Assembly (NCBI GenBank): GCA_045560825.1
Contig: JBJKYX010000034.1
Span: 18,120 to 82,119, forward strand
Reading direction: 5' to 3'
DNA: 64,000 bases
Origin: Candidatus Azotimanducaceae bacterium
Lineage (GTDB): Bacteria > Pseudomonadota > Gammaproteobacteria > Pseudomonadales > Azotimanducaceae
The notes under the pieces are model-generated. The model did not search any database. It saw nothing but the letters and a program-made list of their open reading frames with translations, and was not told the origin of the DNA. Position 1 is the stretch's first letter. Each line of letters opens with the position of its first letter. The position numbers and the translations under genes were made by a program. Below, piece after piece: positions 51,183-60,229 of this stretch.

Positions 51183-52676
51183 GTGGCCGAAAAAACAGTC
51201 TCGGTACAAGATGCGTCAAATTCGACTATCTATACCTACGGTATAGGAGGTATTGGCGTTGGTATCAAAAATAATTTCTTAGGTACTTGGGCGCTTATTT
51301 ACTACAACCAGGTGCTTGGGCTAGACGCTTATTTAGTTACGATTGCCTTGGCAATAGCGCTCATCTTTGACGCGATATCCGATCCTCTTGTCGGAATCTG
51401 GTCGGATCGAGTCAGGACTCGTTGGGGACGAAGACACCCATTTATGTACGTTGCGGTAATCCCCTTTGCGCTTTCTTATTATTTCTTGCTGGCAGATCCA
51501 GGCGATATTGAGGATTCAGATCTATTTTATCGGTTGCTTATTTTAATGCTCATCCTAAGGCTCTCGATGACATTCTATGAGGTACCAAGGGGCGCTTTGG
51601 CTGCCGAGTTAACGAAAGACTATGATCAAAGAAATAAAATTCAGGGCGTCAGCATGGCTCTAGGCTGGGTAGGCGGTGCAGGAATAGGAGCGATACACCA
51701 ATATTTTTTCCTGGGCGATAGTTTTCTCAATGCTCAAGGCTATCAAACGCTAGCGTTCTGGGGCGGGCTAGGAATCTTCCTTAGTACACTGTACTCCGCA
51801 TTAGGCACACACCATCATATTCCTGATCTATACAAACCCCCGCAACGCAGTCTTGAATTCAAAGAATTTTTCAGAGAGTTAAAACAGACTCTGTCAAACA
51901 AATCCTGGGTCGTCCTCTTTCTTGCAGGGACTGTGTACGCAATGGCAACAGGCATCGACACAGGAGTAGGAACTTACTACAACCAATATCTCTGGAAATG
52001 GGAACCACAAGCCATCGCTATTTTTTCGGTATGCGCGGCGTTAACCGTGATCGCTGTATCGTTTTCTGCACCACTCATCGCACGGGGGCGCGACAAAAAG
52101 CAAATCGCAATCAAAGTATTTTTGTGTGCTGTGTTTATGGGCCCCCTGCCGGTTTTCTTGAGACTGATAGATCCTCATGTTGCATTCACAACTTTCCCTG
52201 CGAACGGCTCCGATCTTCTCTGGTGGGTTCTACTCCTTCATGCCTGTACAAGCTCAGGATTGGCGATGTTAGGCTTTATATTTGTGGCTTCCATGGGAAT
52301 GGAAATAGTTGAAGACCAGCAGACAAAAACTGGGCGGAGGGAGGAAGGATTATTAGGCACAGTCAATTCAATGATTCACAAACTGGTCGGTGCTGGCGGA
52401 GTCGTCATCGCCGGAGTGATAATAACAGTCTCGGGTTTCGACGACTCCTCCCTTGATCCAAGCGAGAAATACACGACGGCTATAAACACTTTTTCCTGGA
52501 TTCACGTTGGAGTAGGTTTCTTTTTACCGCTTTGCTCTACCTTGTTGATTACTCAATATTCCATCAACCGAGAAAGCCACATGGAAAATGTCTCAGAACT
52601 TGGGTACACCAATACCTCATCTAGTTCAGGCTATTCCGGGCTCGGTGATTCTGGCGATAGCTCTGGAGGGATTTAG
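51183..52676 (+). CDS. MFS transporter, glycoside-pentoside-hexuronide (MelB-like) family
   Basis: DAISDPLVGIWSDR.RTRWGRRHPF, ELTKDYDQR, TGRREEG; about 12 TM. Confidence 0.88.
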   Translation: MAEKTVSVQDASNSTIYTYGIGGIGVGIKNNFLGTWALIYYNQVLGLDAYLVTIALAIALIFDAISDPLVGIWSDRVRTRWGRRHPFMYVAVIPFALSYYFLLADPGDIEDSDLFYRLLILMLILRLSMTFYEVPRGALAAELTKDYDQRNKIQGVSMALGWVGGAGIGAIHQYFFLGDSFLNAQGYQTLAFWGGLGIFLSTLYSALGTHHHIPDLYKPPQRSLEFKEFFRELKQTLSNKSWVVLFLAGTVYAMATGIDTGVGTYYNQYLWKWEPQAIAIFSVCAALTVIAVSFSAPLIARGRDKKQIAIKVFLCAVFMGPLPVFLRLIDPHVAFTTFPANGSDLLWWVLLLHACTSSGLAMLGFIFVASMGMEIVEDQQTKTGRREEGLLGTVNSMIHKLVGAGGVVIAGVIITVSGFDDSSLDPSEKYTTAINTFSWIHVGVGFFLPLCSTLLITQYSINRESHMENVSELGYTNTSSSSGYSGLGDSGDSSGGI

Positions 52677-52728
52677 TTTTAAGAAGGCATTTCTGATCTA
52701 AGAGACACCAAAAAAATAATCTAAGTTA

Positions 52729-53136
52729 CTAAAACAGTAAGACTTCTGCTTCCCCAGGAGTTGTCACTTCTCCTTCAGAGTTCTTCACCCATAGCTCAAC
52801 CATGATTGTCTTATTGCCCTCATCGATAACAATAATTTCCCCTCCAGAGTAGAGCGTTTCTCCCAAATAAGTTGCGCGGCGATTACTGTAACCAAATCTT
52901 TTTATCAAGCCGAAATCGCCAATCCAATTGGAAACACATTGCGCTAACCAGTCTCCCTGAAGAGGACCATCGATCACAATGTCTGGATGCCCTTCCTGGT
53001 CCTTGGTATAAGTTTCATCGTAATGAATCCGGTGAGCATTCCAAACCGCTGCATTGTACAAAAATAATGAGACATTCGAGGGACAATGCTCTCGCTCTGT
53101 CAATACATCACCCACTTTTAAATCACTGATATTCAT
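52729..53136 (-). CDS. MaoC/hotdog-fold dehydratase subunit
   Basis: LFLYNAAVWNAHRIHYD..EGHPDIVIDGPLQG. Confidence 0.82.
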   Translation of the reverse strand: MNISDLKVGDVLTEREHCPSNVSLFLYNAAVWNAHRIHYDETYTKDQEGHPDIVIDGPLQGDWLAQCVSNWIGDFGLIKRFGYSNRRATYLGETLYSGGEIIVIDEGNKTIMVELWVKNSEGEVTTPGEAEVLLF

Positions 53137-53138
53137 TG

Positions 53139-53603
53139 CTAACGCGCGATGCTCGTTTCTGTTTCAGTGAAAACTGGAAGCCCAGTAGGATCTTTAACCT
53201 CAAACTCCCGCTCGGTAAATATCAAGGGACCCTGCTTACCCGACTTCTCATAGATATTCTTTATTCGGTTAATTCCGATTAATTTATCGCCTGGTCTAAT
53301 TGGTCGAAACACCTGGACATCCTTACCTCCAGCCATAACCCGCTTTAAAGGAAGTGAAGGCCCTCTTTGAACGCCCCTCGCTAATCCGTCGACCCTCAAT
53401 TGATCCACAGGAACGGGTTGCGCAAACAAATTGAAGATAAACATCAAGGGAGCCTCATCACCATCAAGATATTTTCGTTGTTTCTGCTCAGTCGCCATCG
53501 AATACTTGATAATGTCTCGACGACTGACCTCTATCTCAATGGGAGCATCTTCGTGCCCTATCCAGGACAGGTGTTCTTCAGATAACAGTTTTTTCTCACT
53601 CAT
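53139..53603 (-). CDS. MaoC dehydratase N-terminal (FAS1-like) hotdog subunit
   Basis: VSRRDIIKY, AP, MAGG..FRPIRPGD, YEKSGKQGPLIF. Confidence 0.82.
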   Translation of the reverse strand: MSEKKLLSEEHLSWIGHEDAPIEIEVSRRDIIKYSMATEQKQRKYLDGDEAPLMFIFNLFAQPVPVDQLRVDGLARGVQRGPSLPLKRVMAGGKDVQVFRPIRPGDKLIGINRIKNIYEKSGKQGPLIFTEREFEVKDPTGLPVFTETETSIAR

Positions 53604-53709
53604 AAAAGCAAGTGGCCAGTCAATAAGATGTGATTACTTTGCCTTAGTCAAACTAGAAGTCCAACACTAGAATTAAGGGATAAAGGTAATTGAGATGAAA
53701 AGTTGTGCT

Positions 53710-56700
53710 CTAACGCTTGAGTAGTTCTATTGCCATACGGGTGATTTCGTTGGCCTGCACTAAAACAGAGGCTCCTGCCTGTTGTATAACCTGATTCTTT
53801 GAAAGTCTCGCTGCTTCTAAGGCATAATCAGCGTCCTCTATGCGTGATCGAGAAACAGTGGTCTGTTCATTTATTCCAATTTGCTTTGAGATCACCTGAT
53901 TCAACCGAGTCTCCATCGCCCCCATATCAGACCGCATCAGGGACAATTTATCCAACGCATTGTCGATAATGTTGATGGATTTACTTGCGTCCCTCGCATT
54001 TGAAACATCGACATCGCTTACCTGGTAAAGAGTCGACTCTCCAGAATCATCAATTCGAAACTCAAAAGACTCGTTAGACATTACTGCTTTGAATGGCTGA
54101 GGAAAGCCTTCAGCGGTAGTGACTAAGCGTTGACCCAATTGCTGGATCGCTGCAGCACTCAATACTGGTGGACTAGCATCAATTTTTACATTATCTACAT
54201 AAAGCTGAGCGCCAGCCCACTCTCCACCAGAGGCGTCCCAAGTTCCAGCAATGAATACAAATTTATACTTACCCGCCTCGCTGACGCTTTTAGAAACCGT
54301 AGCCCAATTAGTTGAAGCCGAACCATTAGGTCCAGTCTGATTCAAAATCTCTTCTACTCGACCCGTGTCCTCGTCTACCAAATAACCCATAACATCATAT
54401 GCATCGCTGCCACCGGTGGCTCGCCAGTCAAACTCAATTTTGTCACCTGCTTGAAGCTTTACTGCCTTCTGGCTCGCCAAATAAGGTCCGTGCAAGATCC
54501 CATAAGAAGGGACCATCGCATCGGAATCGGACGATTTCATCATGACTGACTTACCACTTCCAGTAGATGTCTGTGAGGAAAGTGCAGTCTGAAAAACAGG
54601 CGCATTTGCGTTACTGAGAACGGTCGCGTCGTAGGGCGCGTTTTGTCCTGTGTCAACATTAGCAGGAAACACGGTATCGTCCGGAGTCGGGTGGCCAGCT
54701 ACCGTGCTGTTTCCATTCAGTCGAATCTGCTTATTGTAGACTTGCCATCCAGGTATGCTGGTATCACCAACGCTGCCTTCCTCAAAATCTCCATTTTCGA
54801 ATTCATAATTTAAGTTAAATTTGAAGGGTTCACCGTTTAGGCCATCTTTCGATGCATCGATCCGCCCAACGATTATTGCGCTTGTGCCAGTGCCTTCATA
54901 CAAAATATCTCCTACGAGCGACAACTGTCCAACACTCGTTAAAGCAGAAGCATCTTTCTGAACGTATAGATCCTGAGGGACAGCAAAGTAACCTGGTTGC
55001 GCTGATCCCCTAATTTCAGTCACCGCAGTTCCGCCTGTAATTTTCGTACCATCCGCCTTATAAATATCAAAATCACCATAGACTTTGGGACCTGTAATTT
55101 TCATCTCATCATCGTTGTTAGTTCCGCCATCAACCTCCACGACCGTAAACGCGTTATCGCCCGTTGCCGCCCGAATTTTAGCCTGGAACTCCGCTGTGGT
55201 AGCGGCAGTGGTCGTGAAATTGGTTCGCGTTCCATTGGAATTGATAATGTAATAATCGCCTGCGCCATATGTATTTACATTAGCTGTTGTGACTTTGACT
55301 GCGGCCGTCGCTTTGTCTCCCTGCTGTGAAACAGTAAAGTTCTCTGCAGAAGACAGCTTAATCGTACCTGAGACTCGCACAGAATCGTTGGCCCCAGCAA
55401 CACCGATCATGGAGGGCCCACCGATGGTTGAAACTCCATCATCCCCAACTTTTTGCAAGGCAAGTCCCTTACCAGCCGACAGATTTTCAACGGTAATATC
55501 GCCGCCATTCGGATCTGTTAGAACGACCTTGTGATCCTGCTGTGTCGCTATCACGCCCGTCTGTCCGGATATCTGGTTAATCGCCCAGACTGCCTCATCA
55601 GCAAAACTTTCGTTCATGACAAAGTTTCCGGTAGTAACTCCATTTACATTTAATCTAAAGCGAGCGCTTTTGACTCCAACAACTTCCGTTGTCGCGTTAC
55701 CCCCGGTTAGCTTAAAAAAATCATGCCCCAAGATCTCAAAGTCCCCAAAGGTTGCTGGACCCTCAAATTTCAGTTCATCATTATGGTCCGTACCGCCATC
55801 GACTTCGGTCACTTTGAAAGCATCGTCTCCCATCATCGCTCGAATCTTTGCTTGGAAGTCTGCAGCCGTCGCTGCAGCAGTGAAAAACTGATGCTTCGTA
55901 CCATCTGCTTCTTGAATGTAGTAAGTGCCGGCTGTGTAAACGTTAGCAACCGCCGTGGTTACTTTCACTGCAGGCGTACCAGTAAAAGACAGTAAGCCTA
56001 TGGTTTTAGCGTCGGCCCTGACCCCCGTTTCGCCCGTTGCCTTATTAATCTTGTTAGCCATCATTTCGGCTGTATCCGCTATATCAGATGTAATCAGCTT
56101 CGTCCCAGAATAGCCCGTAATCTCTACCCCGTGCGAAGCGGTCACTAGATTCCTATCTCCCACCATTGTGGTTGACGGCATAGCCTCTAAACCGTTCCCG
56201 ATATAGGTGTGTGCGCCTATCATCTCGGACGCAACAGAATCGACAGAGAATTTGATTTCATCGGACGACTCTGCTCCAACCATGAAACTCTGATTCTTAA
56301 AGCGTCCATCTAAAATCAATGCGCCGTTGTAACGCGTAGTTTCCGATACTCGTGTTATTTCCTTCTGCAACAATTCCACTTCTTCTTGCAGAAAACTTCT
56401 ATCAATGTTGGAGTTCGTCCCATTTGTTGACTGCATAGCCAACTCTCGCATTCGTTGCAGCATGTCGGTCAATGTACCAATCGCCCCTTCGATAGATCGC
56501 GTCAGAGCAATTCCATCATTCGCATTTTTGATTGCAGTATTAAGTGATTGAATCTGAGCAGACATCTTTTGACTGATCGAATGACCGATGGGATCATCGG
56601 CGGAATTATTGATTTTAGTCCCCGTGGCAAGACGCTCCATCGCCTCGGTCATATCCTTACCAGCGGAACTCATCGCTCTTTGCGTTGTCAGCATCGATAC

Positions 56701-56718
56701 AGAGTTATTAATCTGCAT
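53710..56718 (-). CDS. fliC: Giant multidomain flagellin (about 1000 aa)
   Basis: N-terminal MQINNS..MERLATGTKINNSADD..NANDG..LQRMRELAMQSTNGT; C-terminal RSDMGAMETRL..SRIEDADYA..QAN; ATG 56718 preceded by GAGGA. Confidence 0.92.
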   Translation of the reverse strand: MQINNSVSMLTTQRAMSSAGKDMTEAMERLATGTKINNSADDPIGHSISQKMSAQIQSLNTAIKNANDGIALTRSIEGAIGTLTDMLQRMRELAMQSTNGTNSNIDRSFLQEEVELLQKEITRVSETTRYNGALILDGRFKNQSFMVGAESSDEIKFSVDSVASEMIGAHTYIGNGLEAMPSTTMVGDRNLVTASHGVEITGYSGTKLITSDIADTAEMMANKINKATGETGVRADAKTIGLLSFTGTPAVKVTTAVANVYTAGTYYIQEADGTKHQFFTAAATAADFQAKIRAMMGDDAFKVTEVDGGTDHNDELKFEGPATFGDFEILGHDFFKLTGGNATTEVVGVKSARFRLNVNGVTTGNFVMNESFADEAVWAINQISGQTGVIATQQDHKVVLTDPNGGDITVENLSAGKGLALQKVGDDGVSTIGGPSMIGVAGANDSVRVSGTIKLSSAENFTVSQQGDKATAAVKVTTANVNTYGAGDYYIINSNGTRTNFTTTAATTAEFQAKIRAATGDNAFTVVEVDGGTNNDDEMKITGPKVYGDFDIYKADGTKITGGTAVTEIRGSAQPGYFAVPQDLYVQKDASALTSVGQLSLVGDILYEGTGTSAIIVGRIDASKDGLNGEPFKFNLNYEFENGDFEEGSVGDTSIPGWQVYNKQIRLNGNSTVAGHPTPDDTVFPANVDTGQNAPYDATVLSNANAPVFQTALSSQTSTGSGKSVMMKSSDSDAMVPSYGILHGPYLASQKAVKLQAGDKIEFDWRATGGSDAYDVMGYLVDEDTGRVEEILNQTGPNGSASTNWATVSKSVSEAGKYKFVFIAGTWDASGGEWAGAQLYVDNVKIDASPPVLSAAAIQQLGQRLVTTAEGFPQPFKAVMSNESFEFRIDDSGESTLYQVSDVDVSNARDASKSINIIDNALDKLSLMRSDMGAMETRLNQVISKQIGINEQTTVSRSRIEDADYALEAARLSKNQVIQQAGASVLVQANEITRMAIELLKR
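55006..55971 (-). repeat. Two diverged 99-aa internal domains in the flagellin (55675-55971 and 55006-55302)
   Basis: AVKVTTA..Y.AG.YYI...FQAKIRA..GD.AF.V.EVDGGT...DE.K..GP...GDF.I..TGG.A.TE in both. Confidence 0.9.
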
Positions 56719-56842
56719 TAGGTCCTCATCGATCAACCAAGTGTCTCTCATCAAACAAAGTGAGCGTTGTTGCTAAAGTGTGGAACAAAGCTACCGACTA
56801 CTTACTTTGGTCGAAGAAAATAAAAAACTACTCCTAGTTGAG

Positions 56843-56858
56843 AGCAAATCCTGTGCCA
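56843..56858 (-). promoter_or_regulatory. Sigma54 (-24/-12) promoter of the flagellin
   Basis: Minus strand TGGCACAGGATTTGCT matches TGGCAC-N5-TTGCW, about 125 nt upstream of the start. Confidence 0.85.
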
Positions 56859-57128
56859 TACCCAGCGCGGTAAAAACCGTTCCTACGGCGCTTTTACAGC
56901 TGTTTTTCTACCTTTTTGATCAATCATTACGGCAATGCATATTTAAATCGGCAAAAAGAAGCCACACGACGGGAAGATTGTTGCCAGATATAGAATGGCA
57001 ATCTTTATCATGAAGAGGTCAGGTAAAGGTTCTAATAGCTAGAGCTTTGAGATCTACTTAGACGAGGAAATCAGTGATAATCTATTTTTCAAAATACGCA
57101 ACATTAAAAATATTTAAAGGAATCTATT

Positions 57129-57899
57129 ATGAGTGAAGCATTAGAGATACCTACTGACATCAAGTCACAAGTTTCTGAGGAAGAATGGAAAACCAGAGAA
57201 GACCTAGCAGCAGCGTACCGCTTAGTTGCGAACTACGGTTGGGACGATATGGTTTTTACTCACTTATCTGCAAGAGTCCCTGGTCCAGATGAACACTTTT
57301 TACTAAATCCTTTCGGCGTTCTATTTGAAGAAGTCACAGCATCAAGTTTAGTCAAAATAGATTTAGATGGTACGGTGGTTCTCGACAACGGTTATCAGGT
57401 TAACGCTGCAGGTTTTACGATTCACTCGGCAATTCATGGCGCTCGAGAGGATGCCCAAGCGGTGATGCACTTGCATACAGACGCTGGAGTTGCCGTTTCG
57501 TGCATGAAAGAGGGTTTTTTACCCCTTAATCAACACGCCATGTTTGTCTACCATGATGTCGCCTACCACGACTGGGAAGGTGTCGCTCTAAATCTTGATG
57601 AAAGAGAACGGCTCATCGCAGATATCCAAGACAAGCACCTCATGATGTTGCGCAATCACGGCACCCTCGCGGTAGGTAGCAGTATCGCCTCTTGTTTTAT
57701 GCGTCTTTATTATTTAGAGCGAGCTTGCTCTATCCAGTTAAAAGCGATGAATGGCAATCTCCAGACGCCAAACCAAGAAGCTATCTCAATGATGAAGGAA
57801 ACCTTTAACAATCCCAACGCTTGGGAGGGCCTCGCGGCAACCGCCTGGCCAGCTATGATAAGGCTAGCTCAAAGAATTGATCCCAACTTCACAAACTAG
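57129..57899 (+). CDS. Class II aldolase/adducin family protein
   Basis: LAAAYRL, THLSARVPG, GFTIHSAIH, MHLHT, LRNHG. Confidence 0.9.
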   Translation: MSEALEIPTDIKSQVSEEEWKTREDLAAAYRLVANYGWDDMVFTHLSARVPGPDEHFLLNPFGVLFEEVTASSLVKIDLDGTVVLDNGYQVNAAGFTIHSAIHGAREDAQAVMHLHTDAGVAVSCMKEGFLPLNQHAMFVYHDVAYHDWEGVALNLDERERLIADIQDKHLMMLRNHGTLAVGSSIASCFMRLYYLERACSIQLKAMNGNLQTPNQEAISMMKETFNNPNAWEGLAATAWPAMIRLAQRIDPNFTN

Positions 57900-57910
57900 C
57901 AAATAGAGTA

Positions 57911-57947
57911 CCTTGGGCAGGAAATTCTTGAAAAACCATGCCCAAGG
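57911..57947. terminator. Inverted repeat between convergent genes
   Basis: CCTTGGGCA..TGCCCAAGG. Confidence 0.5.
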
Positions 57948-57967
57948 GAAAATCAGAGGCTACCTTT

Positions 57968-58819
57968 CTATATAGTACCGGGTCGAATGTTGATTTCCAC
58001 ATCGTATCTGAGCGGATCACTACAAGTCATAATCTCATCAAAGCTAGCCTGAATCTCTTGTCCACTTTCAGCATAAGCAGCCATACCAGAACTTTCTTCT
58101 GACTCACTAGCCCACGCATTCATCCAGATAAAGTCATAAGCATTAGGAACACCATCGCTGGCTTTGGATGCTTCCGGATCGAAATCGGGCGCAAAGTAGG
58201 CCCAGCTATATCCAGTTGCTCCATTCTTGGCTTCATAATCATCAAGCCAAGCTCCATAAGTATCTACGGCAACAGGACGTAAATCGCTACCTTCCTTGCC
58301 TTCGTTATAAGTGCAAAACTGATAACTCGCTATCCTTCCTTTACTTTCCTGACCGCCCATAGCCACCGTAGCTGGCCGTGGTTGATAAACATTGACTGCA
58401 AACAACTCGTCAGACCCATCACCCGCACAGGTTTCAACACCGGGGAATTTTTCCTGCAGATTTTCTTCAATACCTGACTCTATATAGGCCGCCCATCCCG
58501 CATCGCGGGAGGCCTTATCATTCCAAATCAAGCCTACAATTCGATCAAAGTTACTTTCATCGAACTTTGGAAAGAGACTAAAGTGCCCAAACGCAGGAAC
58601 ATCAGACTCGGCCACCATCTGTCGCCAATAGGCCTGCGAAGCTTCAAAACTCTCCTCTGAGAAATTAGACCCATTGTGGCACCACAAATATTCTTGATAC
58701 CTATCGGGTTCTCTAGGGCCCGAGTTATTGCTGGCAGCCGTATCCTCTTGAGGTCGCTCAGCCGGAGAGCAGGCCAATAACAACCCTAACATCAGTAGAT
58801 ATAAAAAATTATTCTTCAT
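57968..58819 (-). CDS. Lipoprotein of unknown function (paralog of 58845-59687)
   Basis: Lipobox LLAC-SPAERP; EYLWC, NFDR, RDAGW, YQFCTYNEGK, YDFIWMN. Confidence 0.8.
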   Translation of the reverse strand: MKNNFLYLLMLGLLLACSPAERPQEDTAASNNSGPREPDRYQEYLWCHNGSNFSEESFEASQAYWRQMVAESDVPAFGHFSLFPKFDESNFDRIVGLIWNDKASRDAGWAAYIESGIEENLQEKFPGVETCAGDGSDELFAVNVYQPRPATVAMGGQESKGRIASYQFCTYNEGKEGSDLRPVAVDTYGAWLDDYEAKNGATGYSWAYFAPDFDPEASKASDGVPNAYDFIWMNAWASESEESSGMAAYAESGQEIQASFDEIMTCSDPLRYDVEINIRPGTI

Positions 58820-58844
58820 TTTATCATCCTCATTTAATTCAGAA

Positions 58845-59687
58845 CTAAGACCGAGACTTCACACTCCTACCAGCCCAAACTTGCTCTTCACTACAAGTCG
58901 CGACATCGTTAGCCGCTTCCATCATAGTGTTTCCGTATTGTTCCACGGCAGACCATCCACTATCTCGCCCAGCCTCATCCGACCAGATATTCACCCATAG
59001 ATAATCAAAAGTATCCGGGACACCCTCGTGTACCTCAACTGCTTCATCATCAAAGTCTGGGACATTGACTGCAGTTCCAAAACTTATGTTGGGGTTTTCA
59101 GAATCGTAACGATCTAAAAAGTCGTTCCATGGCCCTGCCAAAAACTCCCTCAGGTTATCGCGACTTTTACCTTCATTAAAATTGCAAAACTGATAACCAA
59201 CCACAAAAGAATCAGAAGCTTCCCGCTCCCGTAGTCTGTAGGAATTCATGGGATATACGTTAGACCAGCCTTCGCCCCCACAACTTTCAACGCCAGGATG
59301 TGCTTGATTCAACCTTTCCTCTATTCCAGAACTCAAATAAGCTTCCCAGCCTGCATCACGTTCTGCTTTGTTCTCCCAAAATAGAACTGACACTCTGTCA
59401 AAATTCTCTGAAGACCAACCCAGCGGTGTTATCTCAGCCGATCCCATCCTGCTTAATCCCAACTGACCAACTTCTTCTAGCCAAATTTCTTCTCGAGCCT
59501 TCACAGACTCAACAGAATAATTCTCGCCATCAGAGCACCACAAATATTCAACGTATCCATTAGGTTCAGGGACGCTTTCTTGGGTAACATCAGAACCTGA
59601 CGAAGCTACCGATTTATCCGCAGGTCGCTCCGCTGGAGAACAGGCAAAAAGCCCGAACACCAAAAACAAAAACAATAATCTGAACAT
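58845..59687 (-). CDS. Lipoprotein of unknown function (tandem paralog)
   Basis: Lipobox LFAC-SPAERP; EYLWC, NFDR, RDAGW, YQFCNFNEGK, FDYLWVN. Confidence 0.8.
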   Translation of the reverse strand: MFRLLFLFLVFGLFACSPAERPADKSVASSGSDVTQESVPEPNGYVEYLWCSDGENYSVESVKAREEIWLEEVGQLGLSRMGSAEITPLGWSSENFDRVSVLFWENKAERDAGWEAYLSSGIEERLNQAHPGVESCGGEGWSNVYPMNSYRLREREASDSFVVGYQFCNFNEGKSRDNLREFLAGPWNDFLDRYDSENPNISFGTAVNVPDFDDEAVEVHEGVPDTFDYLWVNIWSDEAGRDSGWSAVEQYGNTMMEAANDVATCSEEQVWAGRSVKSRS

Positions 59688-60229
59688 GCTATTTTCCCTC
59701 TTATTCTTATAAATTTTTTTCAACTGATTCCAATTAACATCAAACCAGTTTCAATATGTTCTACCTCTTTAAAACAGGTTGTTCAACTACAAATTGAAAA
59801 ATTTGCAACACCAATTTTGATCTCGCCAGTAATCTGGGCTAAGAGTCGTCTTGCAGCCTCGTTTTCGCCTCACTCACCAAAGCCAACTGTCCAATGTGAC
59901 AGAAACCATCAAGCATTATTGGTTCCGCATCTTCCGAAATTCGTCCAAGCACGTAGATACAAACTTGCTGGCTTTCCTGATAAAAATGTTATCCAAAAAC
60001 ACAATTAACCGATCTTTTTGCCACCACCCTAGAAAAACCAGAATAGCCAAAAATATAAGTACGGCAAAAAGTCTTATAAAAAATGTTTTAAACATAATGA
60101 CCAGTACCAATGAGAATCAAATAAAGGAAAACCCGAACCAAAGAACAACGAAAGAATAAAATCGGTCTGACAAAATACTCTCTTAGAGTCATACTCTTAA
60201 TCAAACCGGAAGTTATAAAGGCCTTCAAC

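Noticed and set aside
56972-56986. Second sigma54-like site TGGCAACAATCTTCC
   Set aside because: Lacks the invariant GC at -12.
57129-57899. Class II aldolase as part of an MTA/DHAP-shunt pathway with mtnP
   Set aside because: It is 24 kb away, adducin-like in sequence, and no mtnA is linked.
59838-60110. Small minus-strand membrane ORF, possibly frameshifted near 59940
   Set aside because: No recognisable family and the join is speculative; not listed as a feature.
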